Shown here: one piece after another, positions 8,270 through 18,717 of the stretch
How the letters are laid out: each line of letters starts with the position of its first letter
Numbering within the stretch: the stretch's first letter is position 1
Source of the DNA: Candidatus Velthaea sp.
GTDB taxonomy: Bacteria; Vulcanimicrobiota; Vulcanimicrobiia; Vulcanimicrobiales; Vulcanimicrobiaceae
NCBI GenBank assembly: GCA_050012475.1
Contig: JBEKHC010000011.1
Coordinates: 1 to 64,000 of the forward strand
DNA: 64,000 bases
Direction: 5' to 3'
The notes under the pieces: model-generated
What the model was told of the DNA's origin: nothing
Databases searched by the model: none
What the model saw: only the letters and a program-made list of their open reading frames with translations
Made by a program: the position numbers and the translations under genes

Positions 8270-9649
8270 CTATGCCGTGACCGGCGCGCTCGTGGTGTAG
8301 TGGCGGTCGGCCAGCGACTTCACCATGAAGTTGCACAGGAAACCGACGATGAGCAGGCCGGCCATGATGTACATGGTCGTCGAATACGCGTCGGCTTTGG
8401 CCACGCCGTGATCGATTTGATATTGGCGGATGTAGTTGACGAGCACCGGTCCGGCGACGCCCGCGGCCGACCAGGCCGTGAGCAGCCGGCCATGGATCGC
8501 GCCGACGTTGAGCGTGCCGAAGAGGTCGCGCAGATATGCCGGAATGGTCGCGAAGCCGCCGCCGTACATGCTGAGAATCACGCCGTAGCCGAGCACGAAG
8601 AGCAAAACGTTCCCGGCGTGTCCCAGCGTGGGGATCAGGGCGTAGATCGTCGCGCCCAGCGCAAAGAAGATCATGTAGGTCGGACGCCGGCCGATCACGT
8701 CGGACAGCGACGCCCAGAAGATTCGTCCGCCCATGTTGAACAAGCTGAGCAGTCCGACGAAACCGCCGGCCGCCGCGACGCTGACGCGGCCGGGGAACAT
8801 CTCCTGGATCATGAGCGAAGCCTGACCGAGCACCCCGATCCCGGCGGTGACGTTGAGAAACAGCACGCCCCACAGCAGATAGAACTGCGGGGTGCGCACC
8901 GCGCTGTTGACCAGGACCTGGCCGGTGGTGATCATTTTGCCCGCTGCCGCCGACGGAACGTAGCCTGCGGGCCGGTAGTCGCGCGGCGGCACGCGGACGA
9001 TAAAGACGCCCACCAGCATGAAGCACAGATAGATGACGCCCATGGTCAGCATCGTCGGCGCGACGCCAGTCGATGCGGGGGTTCCGGCCGCGGTATGGCC
9101 GGCGTAGAACTTCATGAGCCCGTTCGCCAGCGGAGCGCCGATGAGCGCGCCGCCGCCGAAGCCCATGATCGCCGTGCCCGTGGCGAGGCCCGGCCGATCG
9201 GGAAACCACTTGATGAGCGTGGAGACCGGCGAGATATAGCCGATCCCTAAGCCAATGCCGCCGATGGCGCCGTAGCCGAGGAACACGAGCCATAAGGCGT
9301 GCAGGGCGACGCCGCCGCCCGCGATGAGCAATCCGCCTGAAAAGCAGAGCGCCGAAACGAACATGGCCTTGCGCGGCCCGACGTCTTCGACCCAGCGGCC
9401 GCCGAATGCCGCCGAGAGTCCGAGACACACGATCGCGATGCTGAAGATCCAGCCCAGCTGTGCGACGGTCCAGTCGCCCGGAGCCGGAGCCGTGACGCCG
9501 ATGAGCTGGGCCATCGGTTTGGTGAACACGCTCAGGGCGTAGGCTTGGCCGATCGCGAGATGGATGCAAAGCGCCGCGGGCGGGACCAGCCAGCGGCTGA
9601 AACCAGGTCCGGCGATCGAGTGCGAACGATCCAGGAAGTCTTGTGCCAC
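8270..9649 (-). CDS. OFA family MFS transporter (oxalate/formate antiporter-like)
   Basis: RWLVPPAALCIHLAIGQAYA, YISPVSTLIKWFPDRPGLATG, HGRLLTAWS. Confidence 0.93.
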   Translation of the reverse strand: MAQDFLDRSHSIAGPGFSRWLVPPAALCIHLAIGQAYALSVFTKPMAQLIGVTAPAPGDWTVAQLGWIFSIAIVCLGLSAAFGGRWVEDVGPRKAMFVSALCFSGGLLIAGGGVALHALWLVFLGYGAIGGIGLGIGYISPVSTLIKWFPDRPGLATGTAIMGFGGGALIGAPLANGLMKFYAGHTAAGTPASTGVAPTMLTMGVIYLCFMLVGVFIVRVPPRDYRPAGYVPSAAAGKMITTGQVLVNSAVRTPQFYLLWGVLFLNVTAGIGVLGQASLMIQEMFPGRVSVAAAGGFVGLLSLFNMGGRIFWASLSDVIGRRPTYMIFFALGATIYALIPTLGHAGNVLLFVLGYGVILSMYGGGFATIPAYLRDLFGTLNVGAIHGRLLTAWSAAGVAGPVLVNYIRQYQIDHGVAKADAYSTTMYIMAGLLIVGFLCNFMVKSLADRHYTTSAPVTA

Positions 9650-9778
9650 GTCGACGACTCCTCCATCTCGAGCACCCCGACAAAAAGTCGGGTTGGCGCC
9701 CGACAGGTTCCGCTGCTACGCGTCCGAGTGCGCTTTGACCTTCGTTACCCCGCCGATGACTCGCGGTAAGCTCTGGGG

Positions 9779-10306
9779 GTGATCTCTCGCGCCGCCTTCC
9801 TGACCATAACCGGGGGCATCCTCGCCCTGGGCGCGCGGCGCCGCGACGAGGGCTGGCATCACGTTCACGGAGCCAATGGGCTGTCGCTGCCGACGAACGT
9901 TCCCCTCGACCTCACCTTCATCACCGTCACGGGCACGCTGTTCCGGCTGGCCGACCACCGCGGCGAACTCGTCGTGGTGAATCTGTTTGCGTCGTGGTGC
10001 GGTCCGTGCGTCGCCGAGGCTCCCGACGTCAGCGCGTTTGCTGCCGCGCACGCGGCCGACACGCTCGTCGTCGGCGTCGATATCGGCGAGCCGGCCGCGA
10101 CGGCGCGCGCGTTCGCGCTCCGCTTCGGGAGCGACTACCCCATGGCGCTCGACGAGTCGTCGAGCCTCTACAAATCGATCGGCATGCACGCCTATCCGAC
10201 GACGCTGTTCGTGCGGCCCAACGGAACGCTCTCGTGCGCTTTCGTCGGTCAGTTGTCGCGCGACGATCTCGAAGCCGAACGCACGTACGCGCTGGCGGGC
10301 AGTTGA
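9779..10306 (+). CDS. TlpA/ResA family thiol:disulfide oxidoreductase
   Basis: NLFASWCGPC and YPTT cis-Pro motif; N-terminal SRAAFL plus hydrophobic segment. Confidence 0.88.
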   Translation: MISRAAFLTITGGILALGARRRDEGWHHVHGANGLSLPTNVPLDLTFITVTGTLFRLADHRGELVVVNLFASWCGPCVAEAPDVSAFAAAHAADTLVVGVDIGEPAATARAFALRFGSDYPMALDESSSLYKSIGMHAYPTTLFVRPNGTLSCAFVGQLSRDDLEAERTYALAGS

Positions 10307-10321
10307 GGATTGCCCGGCGCC

Positions 10322-11132
10322 CTAACGCGCGTGACCGCCCCCGCCGCCTCCGCCTCCGCCACCACCCCCGCCGTGCGTATCGCCATTGCCGCCGCGGGCG
10401 CCGCCGTAGCCGCCGTGGGCGGCACCTGGATAGCCGCCGCCCGCTCCGCGCATTTCGCCGCGTTCAGAACCGCCGGTCCGTACTGTAGCCGGGCTGCGTT
10501 CGTACCGGACACCGGGACGCTCGCTCGCCGAATAGGCCGGACCCTGCGGGCGGACGACGGCCGGCGCGCGCCCGCGCGAAATGTCGGTTCCAACCGCCGC
10601 GCCGAAATAGGCGCGCCCGTTCCACGGGCGGCCGCGGAAGGGCCGGTGTTCGTAAAACCACGGGCCGCCGCCGCCGAAGATGAACGCCAAGCTGAACGAC
10701 GGCCCGTACCCGTAGGCGAACCCCGGGCACCAATAGCCAGGGCCGTAGTAGACAGGCGTCGGCAGCGGCCCATCATAGGTGTAGGTCATAGGTGTAGGGT
10801 GTGTCGATTTCGTTGGCTTCGAACGTGTCGCCGGCGTTGTAGCCGAGGATCGTCACGCTCATGCCGTCAGCCAGGGTCAGGCCAGTCGGATTGATGATCG
10901 TGCCCGGATGCAGTTGAACGCTGTCGATGAAACCGCGATCGTCGTCGACCGACAGGTTGAAGGCGCCGTCGACGGAGCGGATTCGGCCGTGGATCGTTTC
11001 GTCGGTGCTGATCGTCGAACTGCGAGCGTACGACGGGATGTCTTGCGCCAGAACAGCCAGCGGAGCGAACGATATGGCCACGGCGACGACACCAGCGACG
11101 GTGCGGCGTGACAGCTGAGCGAATCCGAGCAT
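10322..11132 (-). pseudogene. Secreted protein with Tyr/Gly-rich tail, frameshifted by a 13-bp tandem duplication
   Basis: Signal-peptide ORF from ATG 11132 (MLGFAQLSRRTVAG...EIDTPYTYD) continues in another frame (YTYDGPLPTPVYYGPG...); removing one repeat copy joins them. Confidence 0.75.
10773..10798. repeat. 13-bp perfect tandem duplication TCATAGGTGTAGG x2
   Basis: 10773-10785 is identical to 10786-10798. Confidence 0.95.
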
Positions 11133-11329
11133 GATGACCTTCTTGCCCGCGACATCGCGCCGCGAGCACATATCATCATAACGCGAAAAGATTACAACCG
11201 GTTGTGATGGGCGCCCTCGGCCACGCCCGCGCTCCGGCTTTCGGCGGATGAACGGAATTCGCCGACGGCTGAAGGTGGTGTTCGTCGGGCGTGCCCGGTC
11301 GGCAGCAGTGCCGGAAGGCGCCGCAGCAG

Positions 11330-11680
11330 CTACGATGCGCGCATCGGGTGGGGACGGCGGCGCGACTGCCGCACGAGGAAGACGATCCGCGGCCCCAATC
11401 CCAACAGCATCGCGAAAGTAATGAAGGCGAATGTCGGATGGACGTATTCCAAAAAGCCGTGCGGAATGAAACGGCACAGTAAATTGGTTCCGAACATTCC
11501 CATCCCGAGCAAACCGTACGCTAATTGCAAGCGATAGTTCGGATCGATCGCGGTCCCGAACACCGATCGGCGGTGCGCGGGAAGATACCACCACAACAGC
11601 GGAACGGCGAGCGCCAGCGAAATGGCGCCGCTTGCTGCGCCCCAGAGCATGTCGAATGTCCGATCGCCTTCGAGAAACAC
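11330..11680 (-). CDS. Hypothetical membrane protein (~3 TM)
   Basis: Three hydrophobic stretches and a basic C-tail; start uncertain (possibly 11650). Confidence 0.55.
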   Translation of the reverse strand: MFLEGDRTFDMLWGAASGAISLALAVPLLWWYLPAHRRSVFGTAIDPNYRLQLAYGLLGMGMFGTNLLCRFIPHGFLEYVHPTFAFITFAMLLGLGPRIVFLVRQSRRRPHPMRAS

Positions 11681-11722
11681 GCGGCTGTCGTTCGCGCACG
11701 CGACGTTGCGGTCCCGTACGGT

Positions 11723-12943
11723 TTACACGAACGCGAACCGGGCCGCCGCTGCGGCCGCGCCGAGCGCGGCGGCAAGAGCGACGGCCAGCCACGGCGGAGC
11801 ATTCCAGACGGCGACGAGTGTGAAAACGGTGACCGCGATTGCCACGCGCCACAGCGATGTGCCCAGTGAGAGCAGGAGCGGTGAGTACAGCAGCGCTGCG
11901 AGCAACCCGACGACTGCGGCGTTGGCGCCGCGCAGCGCACCCGCAGCGGCGGGATTCGCGCGCAGCGCGTCCAGGATCGGCAACAGCGCGAAGATGAGCA
12001 TGAAGGAGGGGGCGAAGATCAGCACGGTCGCGACGACGGCGCCCCAGGGGCCGTGCAGCGGCGAATGATTGGCCATGCCTAAAAATGCGGCGAAGGTGAA
12101 GAGCGGGCCGGGCACCGCTTGCGCCGCGCCGTAGCCGGCATAAAAATCGCGCCCCGAGATGAGGCCGGCGGGAACCAGCGACTGCAGCAGCGGCAGCACG
12201 ACGTGTCCGCCCCCGAACACCAGCGCGCCGGCGCGGACGAGCGTCGCCAGCAAGAAACCCGTCGCGTTATGGTTCGCGACGAGTCCCGCCGCGACGGCAA
12301 GGACGACGAACAGCAGCGCCGCCGCCCGCGACACGGCGAGCGGAATCGCAATCGTTAAAGTCGCGCTTGCCCGGGCGGCGCCGGCGGCGGCTTCCGTCCC
12401 GGCGCGCGGGCACAACAGCGCGCCGGCGAGCGCGCCGGCGACGATCGGCACCCACTGCCAAACCGCACCCGGGGCCAGGGCCAACGCCAAGACCGCTGCG
12501 CCGGCGGCGATCGTCCGGGTCATCCGGTCCGGGCACTGGCTTTTCGCCATGCCCAAGACGGCCACAGCGACAATCGCCGTCGCGGCGGCGCCGAGTCCGG
12601 CGAGCATTCCGGTCAGCACGGCGGGAGCCGGCTGCGCCTCGCTTTCGAGCGACGTCAACGCGGCGCCGAAGAGTGCCATTACCAGCGCGGAGGGCAGCGT
12701 GAAGCCCAGCCAAGCGGCGATCGCGCCCAGCGGTCCGGCCCGCACCAAGCCGACGATCATCCCCACTTGGCTCGAGGTCGGCCCCGGCAGAACCGAGCAG
12801 AAGGCCACGATGTGCGCGAAGAGCCGTTCGTCGAGCCAGCCGCGGCGTTCGACGAATTCGCGCCGAAAGTAGCCGATGTGCGCGATCGGCCCACCGAACG
12901 ACGTCAGTCCTAAACGCAAGAAAGTCAGGAAGACGTTACGCAT
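11723..12943 (-). CDS. chrA: Chromate efflux transporter (long-chain CHR)
   Basis: LGLTSFGGPIAHIGYF, LPGPTSSQ, FGGGHVVLPLL, QAVPGPLF. Confidence 0.95.
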   Translation of the reverse strand: MRNVFLTFLRLGLTSFGGPIAHIGYFRREFVERRGWLDERLFAHIVAFCSVLPGPTSSQVGMIVGLVRAGPLGAIAAWLGFTLPSALVMALFGAALTSLESEAQPAPAVLTGMLAGLGAAATAIVAVAVLGMAKSQCPDRMTRTIAAGAAVLALALAPGAVWQWVPIVAGALAGALLCPRAGTEAAAGAARASATLTIAIPLAVSRAAALLFVVLAVAAGLVANHNATGFLLATLVRAGALVFGGGHVVLPLLQSLVPAGLISGRDFYAGYGAAQAVPGPLFTFAAFLGMANHSPLHGPWGAVVATVLIFAPSFMLIFALLPILDALRANPAAAGALRGANAAVVGLLAALLYSPLLLSLGTSLWRVAIAVTVFTLVAVWNAPPWLAVALAAALGAAAAAARFAFV

Positions 12944-13032
12944 CGCATGCGGCGTTCGGCGAGGTTCCGCGCTTGTGCTCCGTGAACTCCGGGCAGATTC
13001 GGCTCCGCGCATCATGACGAGATTGGACGCAC

Positions 13033-13974
13033 ATGCTTTCGGATTTGACGGTCTATGCCGACGGGCGCTTCGCCCGGTACGACGAGGCCAAGGTCGGGCT
13101 GCTCACGCACGGGTTGCATTACGGGACGGGTTGCTTTGAGGGCGTACGCGGCTTTTGGTCCGAACGCGATGAGGAATTGTATCTGCTGCACGTTCGCGAC
13201 CACTACGAGCGGCTCGCGCAGTCGGCGAAGATCCTGATGATCACGTTGCCGCACTCGGTCGACGAACTCACCGAACTCACCGTCGATCTGGTGGCGCGCA
13301 ACAACTTCCGCAGCGACATCTACATCCGCCCGCTCACCTATAAGTCGGCCGAAGAGATCGGCGTGCGCCTGCACGACGTCAAAGACAGTTTCGCGATCAT
13401 CGCGCTGCCGTTCACCAAGTACTTCGATGCGACCGCGGGGTTGTCGTGTGCGGTCAGTTCGTGGCGCCGGATCGACGATACCAGCACGCCGGCACGCGGA
13501 AAAATCACTGGCGCCTACGTGAACTCAGCGCTGGCCAAGAGCGACGCGATCATGAACGGCTTCGACGAAGCGATCATGCTCTCGCACGATGGGCACGTGA
13601 GCGAAGGCAGCGCCGAAAACATCTTCCTCATCCGCGGCGGCGTCATCTACACGCCCGATCCTTCGGCAAATATCCTCGAGGGCATCACGCGCCGGACGAT
13701 CATCCATCTCGCGCGGCACGAGCTCGGCCTGACCGTCGTGGAGCGCTCGATCGATCGCAGCGAACTCTACTGTGCCGAAGAAGTGCTGCTCAGCGGAAGC
13801 GCGGCCGGCGTTCAGTACGTCGCGTCGATCGATCGCCGCCCGGTGGGCGATGGAAAACCCGGACCGATCGGCAAGCAGTTGAGCGATCTCTATAACGCGA
13901 TCACGCGAGGCGAGTTGCCGAAATACGCCGGCTGGCTCATCAAGACATACGCTTCGCGCACGGTCCGCGCGTAA
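13033..13974 (+). CDS. ilvE: Branched-chain amino acid aminotransferase
   Basis: HGLHYGTGCFEGVR, YIRP, KITGAY, EGSAENIF, LEGITR. Confidence 0.95.
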   Translation: MLSDLTVYADGRFARYDEAKVGLLTHGLHYGTGCFEGVRGFWSERDEELYLLHVRDHYERLAQSAKILMITLPHSVDELTELTVDLVARNNFRSDIYIRPLTYKSAEEIGVRLHDVKDSFAIIALPFTKYFDATAGLSCAVSSWRRIDDTSTPARGKITGAYVNSALAKSDAIMNGFDEAIMLSHDGHVSEGSAENIFLIRGGVIYTPDPSANILEGITRRTIIHLARHELGLTVVERSIDRSELYCAEEVLLSGSAAGVQYVASIDRRPVGDGKPGPIGKQLSDLYNAITRGELPKYAGWLIKTYASRTVRA

Positions 13975-13983
13975 GCGAAGCGG

Positions 13984-14988
13984 TTATTGGGCGCTGCCGG
14001 CTTCGGCTGCCGGCGGTGTCCACATTTTGACGTCGGGGGAACGATCGGCAGGCGGCGTCCCCGTATCGGCCAGACCCGGCAGCGGGTTGGTTTCACGCCA
14101 CAGCGCGAATTTCTCGAACGACGTGTAGACCAGCCGGGAAACGCCGCGGATGAAATTGCGCCCGGCGGCGAGCGTCGGCAAATGCGTGGTCAATACCGCG
14201 ATAACGTACGGCGAGTTGTTGAGATAGACGATGCCGACGTCGTTGAGCGTATCGTGCAGCGTCCCGGTTTTGTGCGCGATTTGGGTTCCGGCGGGCAACG
14301 GCTCGGGCAGCAAACCGTTGTGCCGCTGACCGGTCAGAATCGCGATCATCGCGCGCGACGACCACTCATCGACGAGCTGTTCGTGCGCCATCCAGTCGAG
14401 GAGCCGGCTCATGTCGAGCGGACTAGTTCGTAAACTGCGAATATCGCCGTCGGAGCGAATGTAGTCGGCGAGCCGCGTCTGTCGCAGTCCCAGCCGTTCC
14501 ATCGTTTGATTGATGTGAACGCGTCCGACGAGCCGGATGAGCATGTTCGTCGCGGTGTTGTCGCTGTCGGCGATCATCAGCCGCAGTAAATTGGAAACGC
14601 GGTAACGATTGCCGGGGTGCGCGTAAACGAGATCGCCCCAACCGTCATCGCGGTCGGGGCGTTCGAGTGTCACTAGCCGGTTGAGGTCGAAGTCACCGGC
14701 TGCCATCTGCCGGAAAACTTCGACCATCACGGGGATTTTAATCGTCGACGCCGCAGGCATGTTCGCCGACTCGTTGACGCCGGTGCTCAAACCGGTCGTC
14801 AAATCCTTGACCATGACACCGACATGGCCCGGCGCACGCGTCGAGAGCAAGCTCAGCTGGCTCTGCAGTTGAACCAGCGGCCCGGGAATTGCTGCGGCGC
14901 CGGCAGCCGTCCGCGTACCGCAAACGAGCGGCGCGATCAACGTGGTGATGACGATGAGCCGCCGCAGCGCGTGCAGATGCATCTGCAC
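13984..14988 (-). CDS. Class A beta-lactamase-fold serine hydrolase (PBP-A-like)
   Basis: Signal peptide; S-T-I-K, SDN and HKTG motifs. Confidence 0.88.
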   Translation of the reverse strand: MQMHLHALRRLIVITTLIAPLVCGTRTAAGAAAIPGPLVQLQSQLSLLSTRAPGHVGVMVKDLTTGLSTGVNESANMPAASTIKIPVMVEVFRQMAAGDFDLNRLVTLERPDRDDGWGDLVYAHPGNRYRVSNLLRLMIADSDNTATNMLIRLVGRVHINQTMERLGLRQTRLADYIRSDGDIRSLRTSPLDMSRLLDWMAHEQLVDEWSSRAMIAILTGQRHNGLLPEPLPAGTQIAHKTGTLHDTLNDVGIVYLNNSPYVIAVLTTHLPTLAAGRNFIRGVSRLVYTSFEKFALWRETNPLPGLADTGTPPADRSPDVKMWTPPAAEAGSAQ

Positions 14989-15041
14989 TCATCATCTGTG
15001 GCCGCGGCGAAGATGTCAAGGCTCGCGGGCCGTGCGAATGT

Positions 15042-15275
15042 TCAGCGTTTGCTGGCCCGAACCGGCCCGCTGCACTGTGGGCAGTAGATGCCCTGATCGT
15101 TGCGGATGACATGAAGGCCGCACGAGCGGTGCTTGCAGTCGGGGTCTTTGCACTCGTAGCGGCCGTACGCTAGGCAGAAGCGGTCGCGGCTCTTGCTGAA
15201 ACTCGTGCACCGGGTATCGCTCTCGATCGGTTCGGCGTGGGCTCGATATTGCTCGGTCAGTTCTGCGACGGTCAT
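15042..15275 (-). CDS. Small Cys/His-rich putative zinc-binding protein (77 aa)
   Basis: GAGGAG RBS; 7 Cys including CxxH and CPQC. Confidence 0.7.
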   Translation of the reverse strand: MTVAELTEQYRAHAEPIESDTRCTSFSKSRDRFCLAYGRYECKDPDCKHRSCGLHVIRNDQGIYCPQCSGPVRASKR

Positions 15276-15371
15276 TGCACTCTCCTCAGGAATGAGAGTA
15301 CGCGAGTGCGAGCGAGCGCGCGTCCGTAGTGACTACGGAATTTGCGCCCCTCAGTACGTAGAGGCGAGCGG

Positions 15372-16247
15372 TCAGGATCGTTCGTAGGGAACGCCGTCGG
15401 CCGCCGGAGCACGGACGCGGCCGGCAAAGCCGGCCAGGGCAACCAACGCGGCTACATAGGGCAGCGCTTGCATGAGTTCGCTCGGGATACCCGATCGCTG
15501 AAGCGAGTACTGCAAGGCGGCGAAGAAGCCGAAGAACAGCGCGGCGCCTAAAGCGCCCCACGGATTCCAACGGCCGAAAATCACGGCGGCAAGCGCGATG
15601 TAGCCGCGGCCCGCCGTCATGCCGTCGGAATACAGGTCGAGCTCCGCGAGCGACAAGTAGACGCCGCCGAGCGCGGCGATCGCGCCGCCGATGACGACGG
15701 CCCAGAAGCGCGTCTGCAGGGCATCGATCCCCGCGATCTCCGCCGCGCGCGGGTTTTCACCGCACGCGCGCACGCGCAGGCCCCAGGGTGTCCGGAACAG
15801 CGCAAACCACAGCGCCGCCGTCAGCACGAACGCCAGCACGATGAGCACCGCTTCGCCCGGACGGCCCAGGCTCGGCACTTCGCGCGACGCGCCGGGCTGG
15901 CCGAAGATAAGGACCAGTCCGTACGCCGCGCCGCCCAGTGCGACGATGTTGAGCCCCGTGCCGGCAACGATCTGGTCGACGCCCAAGCGGGTCGCGGCGA
16001 AGGCGAGGATCGCGGCCAGCAGCGCCCCGGCTGCGATGCCGGCGAGCACGCCCAGCAGGGGACTTCCGCTGACCGCGCTGGCGACGACGGAGCAGAATGC
16101 GCCCGCAACGAGGATTCCTTCGAGTCCGATGTTCACCACGCCCGACCGTTCGGACAGTACGCCGCCCAGCGCGGCGTAGATCAGCGGCGTGGCTTTGACC
16201 AGCGTGAGCGCCAGCAGTGCCAGCGACGCTGCGGCGAAATCGCTCAT
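15372..16247 (-). CDS. ABC transporter permease (nucleoside/BMP type)
   Basis: SERSGVVNIGLEG, GLRVRACGENP, GRGYIALAAVIFGRW; ATG 16247 overlaps upstream stop. Confidence 0.93.
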   Translation of the reverse strand: MSDFAAASLALLALTLVKATPLIYAALGGVLSERSGVVNIGLEGILVAGAFCSVVASAVSGSPLLGVLAGIAAGALLAAILAFAATRLGVDQIVAGTGLNIVALGGAAYGLVLIFGQPGASREVPSLGRPGEAVLIVLAFVLTAALWFALFRTPWGLRVRACGENPRAAEIAGIDALQTRFWAVVIGGAIAALGGVYLSLAELDLYSDGMTAGRGYIALAAVIFGRWNPWGALGAALFFGFFAALQYSLQRSGIPSELMQALPYVAALVALAGFAGRVRAPAADGVPYERS

Positions 16248-17251
16248 GCGGTCCGGCGCCCCGCGACGAAGCGCCGCCCCGCCAGGGCCACGATGACCAA
16301 TCCCTCGACGAGGGTGACGACGTCGCGCGGAACGTTCGCTTCGGCCTGCATGGCGATCGCGCCGCTTTGCAAGATCCCGAAACCGAACGCGGCGAGGATG
16401 ATGAACAGCGGCTCGAGATTGCCGACCAGCGCGACGGCGATTGCGATGAAACCGTAGCCCGGGGAGAGCCCGGTGTTGAAGCGGTGCAGCACCCCCATCA
16501 CGATGGTCGCGCCGCCCAAGCCGGCGATCGCACCGGAGAGCGCCATCGCCGTGAACGCAGTGCGGCCCAGATCGATGCCGGCGCGGCGGGCTGCTTCGGG
16601 TGCTTCGCCGGCCGCGCGTAATTCGTAGCCGAAGACGGTGCGCGCGAAGAGGTACCAGAGCGCCGCGGCCAGCACGAGCGCGATGAGGAAACTGACGCTC
16701 AGCCGCGTGCCGGGCACGAGCAGCGGCAGCCACGCCGCAGCCGGCAGCTGCGGCGTTTCCGCCGCGCCCGCACCCGGTTGTTTGAACGGCCCGCCGATCA
16801 GATACGTGGCGAACAGCAGCGCGATGGTGTTGAGCATCAGGGTGGCGATGACTTCGTTGGCACCGAAGCGCGCCTTGAGGAATCCGGCCAGCCCGCCCCA
16901 CAGCCCGCCCGCGCACGCGCCGGCCAGCAGCACCAGCGGGATCAGCACCAGGCCCGGCAACGGCAGCGCGACGCCCAGGATGCCGGCGGTCATCCCGCCC
17001 AGCACGATCTGGCCCTCGGCCCCGATATTGAATAGCCCGGCGCGAAACGCCAGCGCGACGCCCAGCGCCGGAAACAGCAGTGCGGTGGTTTGCAGCAGCG
17101 TCTCGGCGACTTCCGATTGATTACCGAGCGCCCCGTCGAAGAGCGCGCTGAAGCCCGCAAGCGGACTGACGTGCGCGAGCAGCATGGAGATGCTGCCGAC
17201 GATGAAGACGACGCCCAAAGCAACGAGCGCATCGCGAACGGCGCGCAGCAT
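16244..17251 (-). CDS. ABC transporter permease (nucleoside/BMP type)
   Basis: GLFNIGAEGQ, NEVIATLMLN, GYGFIAIAVAL. Confidence 0.93.
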   Translation of the reverse strand: MLRAVRDALVALGVVFIVGSISMLLAHVSPLAGFSALFDGALGNQSEVAETLLQTTALLFPALGVALAFRAGLFNIGAEGQIVLGGMTAGILGVALPLPGLVLIPLVLLAGACAGGLWGGLAGFLKARFGANEVIATLMLNTIALLFATYLIGGPFKQPGAGAAETPQLPAAAWLPLLVPGTRLSVSFLIALVLAAALWYLFARTVFGYELRAAGEAPEAARRAGIDLGRTAFTAMALSGAIAGLGGATIVMGVLHRFNTGLSPGYGFIAIAVALVGNLEPLFIILAAFGFGILQSGAIAMQAEANVPRDVVTLVEGLVIVALAGRRFVAGRRTA

Positions 17252-18705
17252 CAGCCGCCGGCCATCAGCGCACCGATTCGTCCGCGATCGATCGCCGCGC
17301 GATCGAATTCCCCGACGAACGTTCCGCCGAACATCACGTAGACGCGGTCGGCCAGGGCGAAGATTTCGTCCAGCTCGAACGAGATGAGCAGCACGGCGGC
17401 GCCGGCGTTGCGGGCTTCGATGAGCCGGGACCCGACCAGCGTTGCGGCGCCGATGTCGATGCCGCGCGTCGGCTGATACGCCACCACGACGCTGGGGCTT
17501 CCCGCCAGGGCCCGGCCGACGACGATTTTCTGCTGATTTCCGCCCGACAGCGCGCCCACGATCGCTTTGGGGTTGGGCGGCCGGACGTCGAAGCGTTCGA
17601 TGACATCGGCGGCGTAGCGCTGGGCGACGACGGGGTCGATCGCCACGCCGCGGCGCAGCGGCGGATCGCGCTGCCGGCCCAGCGCGACGTTGTCGGTCAC
17701 GTTCCAGTCCAGCACCAGCGCTTCGTGGCGGCGGTCTTGCGGGATGATGCGAATGCCGCGCGCGATGCGCTGGGCCGGGCTTTCGCCCGGCGGCAGCAGC
17801 GTGCCGTCGAGTACGATCTCGCCGGAATACGGCACGACGCCGCCGATCGCATCGGCCAGCTGCGTTTGCCCGTTGCCCTCGATCCCGGCGATGCCGACGA
17901 TCTCGCCGGCTCCCACCAGCAGGCTCGCGTTCGCCATCGCTCCGGCGCCGGCGCCTGCGCGCAGTGCACGGATTTCCAGCCGCCGCGCCGGCGGCGTCGC
18001 GGCCCGCGCTGCGAGTGCGGGGATTTCGCCGCCCACCATGGCCCGCGCGATTTCGGCAGCGCTGGTCTGGGCGGTGCGAAAATCGGCCGCGATCTTTCCG
18101 CTGCGCATCACCGTGACGCGTCCGCTGTAGCCCATCACCTCGGCGAGCTTGTGGGTGACGATCAAGATCGCCGTGCCGCGTTCGGCAAGGGCGCGAACGG
18201 TGACGAAAAACGCGTCGATTTCGGTGGGCGCGAGGGCCGCCGTCGGCTCGTCGAGCAGCAGGACCGCTGGCTCGCGCACGAGTTCGCGCAGCAGTTCGAC
18301 GCGCTGTTTGATGCCGATCGGCAGCGTCTCGACCGCGGCATCGGGATCGACTGCCAACCCGTGCCGGGCCGAAAGCTCGCTCACGATCGCGCGGGCCCGG
18401 TCGCGGTCGATGCGCAGACCCGCCCGGGGTTCGCGGCCGAGCAGGATGTTCTCCCACACGCGCAGGCGCTCGATGAGCGCGAAGTGTTGGTGGACGAGGC
18501 CAACGGTGCCGTGCGCCTCGATCGTGCCGGCATCCGGTTTGACCGCACCGTATGCGATCGCGGCCAGGGTCGATTTGCCCGCGCCGTTTTCGCCGACGAG
18601 CGCGTGAATTTCGCCCGGAAAAACGTCGATGTCCGCGCCGTCGACCGCCGCGATCGCTCCGTAGCGTTTGCGGATCCCGCGCAGGCGCAGCGCCGCCTCA
18701 GCCAT
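17251..18705 (-). CDS. ABC transporter ATP-binding protein (two-domain, CUT2/nucleoside type)
   Basis: GENGAGKS, LLDEPT, LSGGNQQK, QPTRGID. Confidence 0.95.
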   Translation of the reverse strand: MAEAALRLRGIRKRYGAIAAVDGADIDVFPGEIHALVGENGAGKSTLAAIAYGAVKPDAGTIEAHGTVGLVHQHFALIERLRVWENILLGREPRAGLRIDRDRARAIVSELSARHGLAVDPDAAVETLPIGIKQRVELLRELVREPAVLLLDEPTAALAPTEIDAFFVTVRALAERGTAILIVTHKLAEVMGYSGRVTVMRSGKIAADFRTAQTSAAEIARAMVGGEIPALAARAATPPARRLEIRALRAGAGAGAMANASLLVGAGEIVGIAGIEGNGQTQLADAIGGVVPYSGEIVLDGTLLPPGESPAQRIARGIRIIPQDRRHEALVLDWNVTDNVALGRQRDPPLRRGVAIDPVVAQRYAADVIERFDVRPPNPKAIVGALSGGNQQKIVVGRALAGSPSVVVAYQPTRGIDIGAATLVGSRLIEARNAGAAVLLISFELDEIFALADRVYVMFGGTFVGEFDRAAIDRGRIGALMAGG

Positions 18706-18717
18706 GCGCGACGTTCG

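Noticed and set aside
10330..10372. CCG/CCT microsatellite-like run
   Set aside because: Simply encodes the poly-Gly tail of the minus-strand protein
13984..14988. Functional beta-lactam resistance gene
   Set aside because: The omega-loop region is short and shows no Glu166-type residue (LADYIRSDGDIRSLRTSP); more like a PBP-A-type hydrolase
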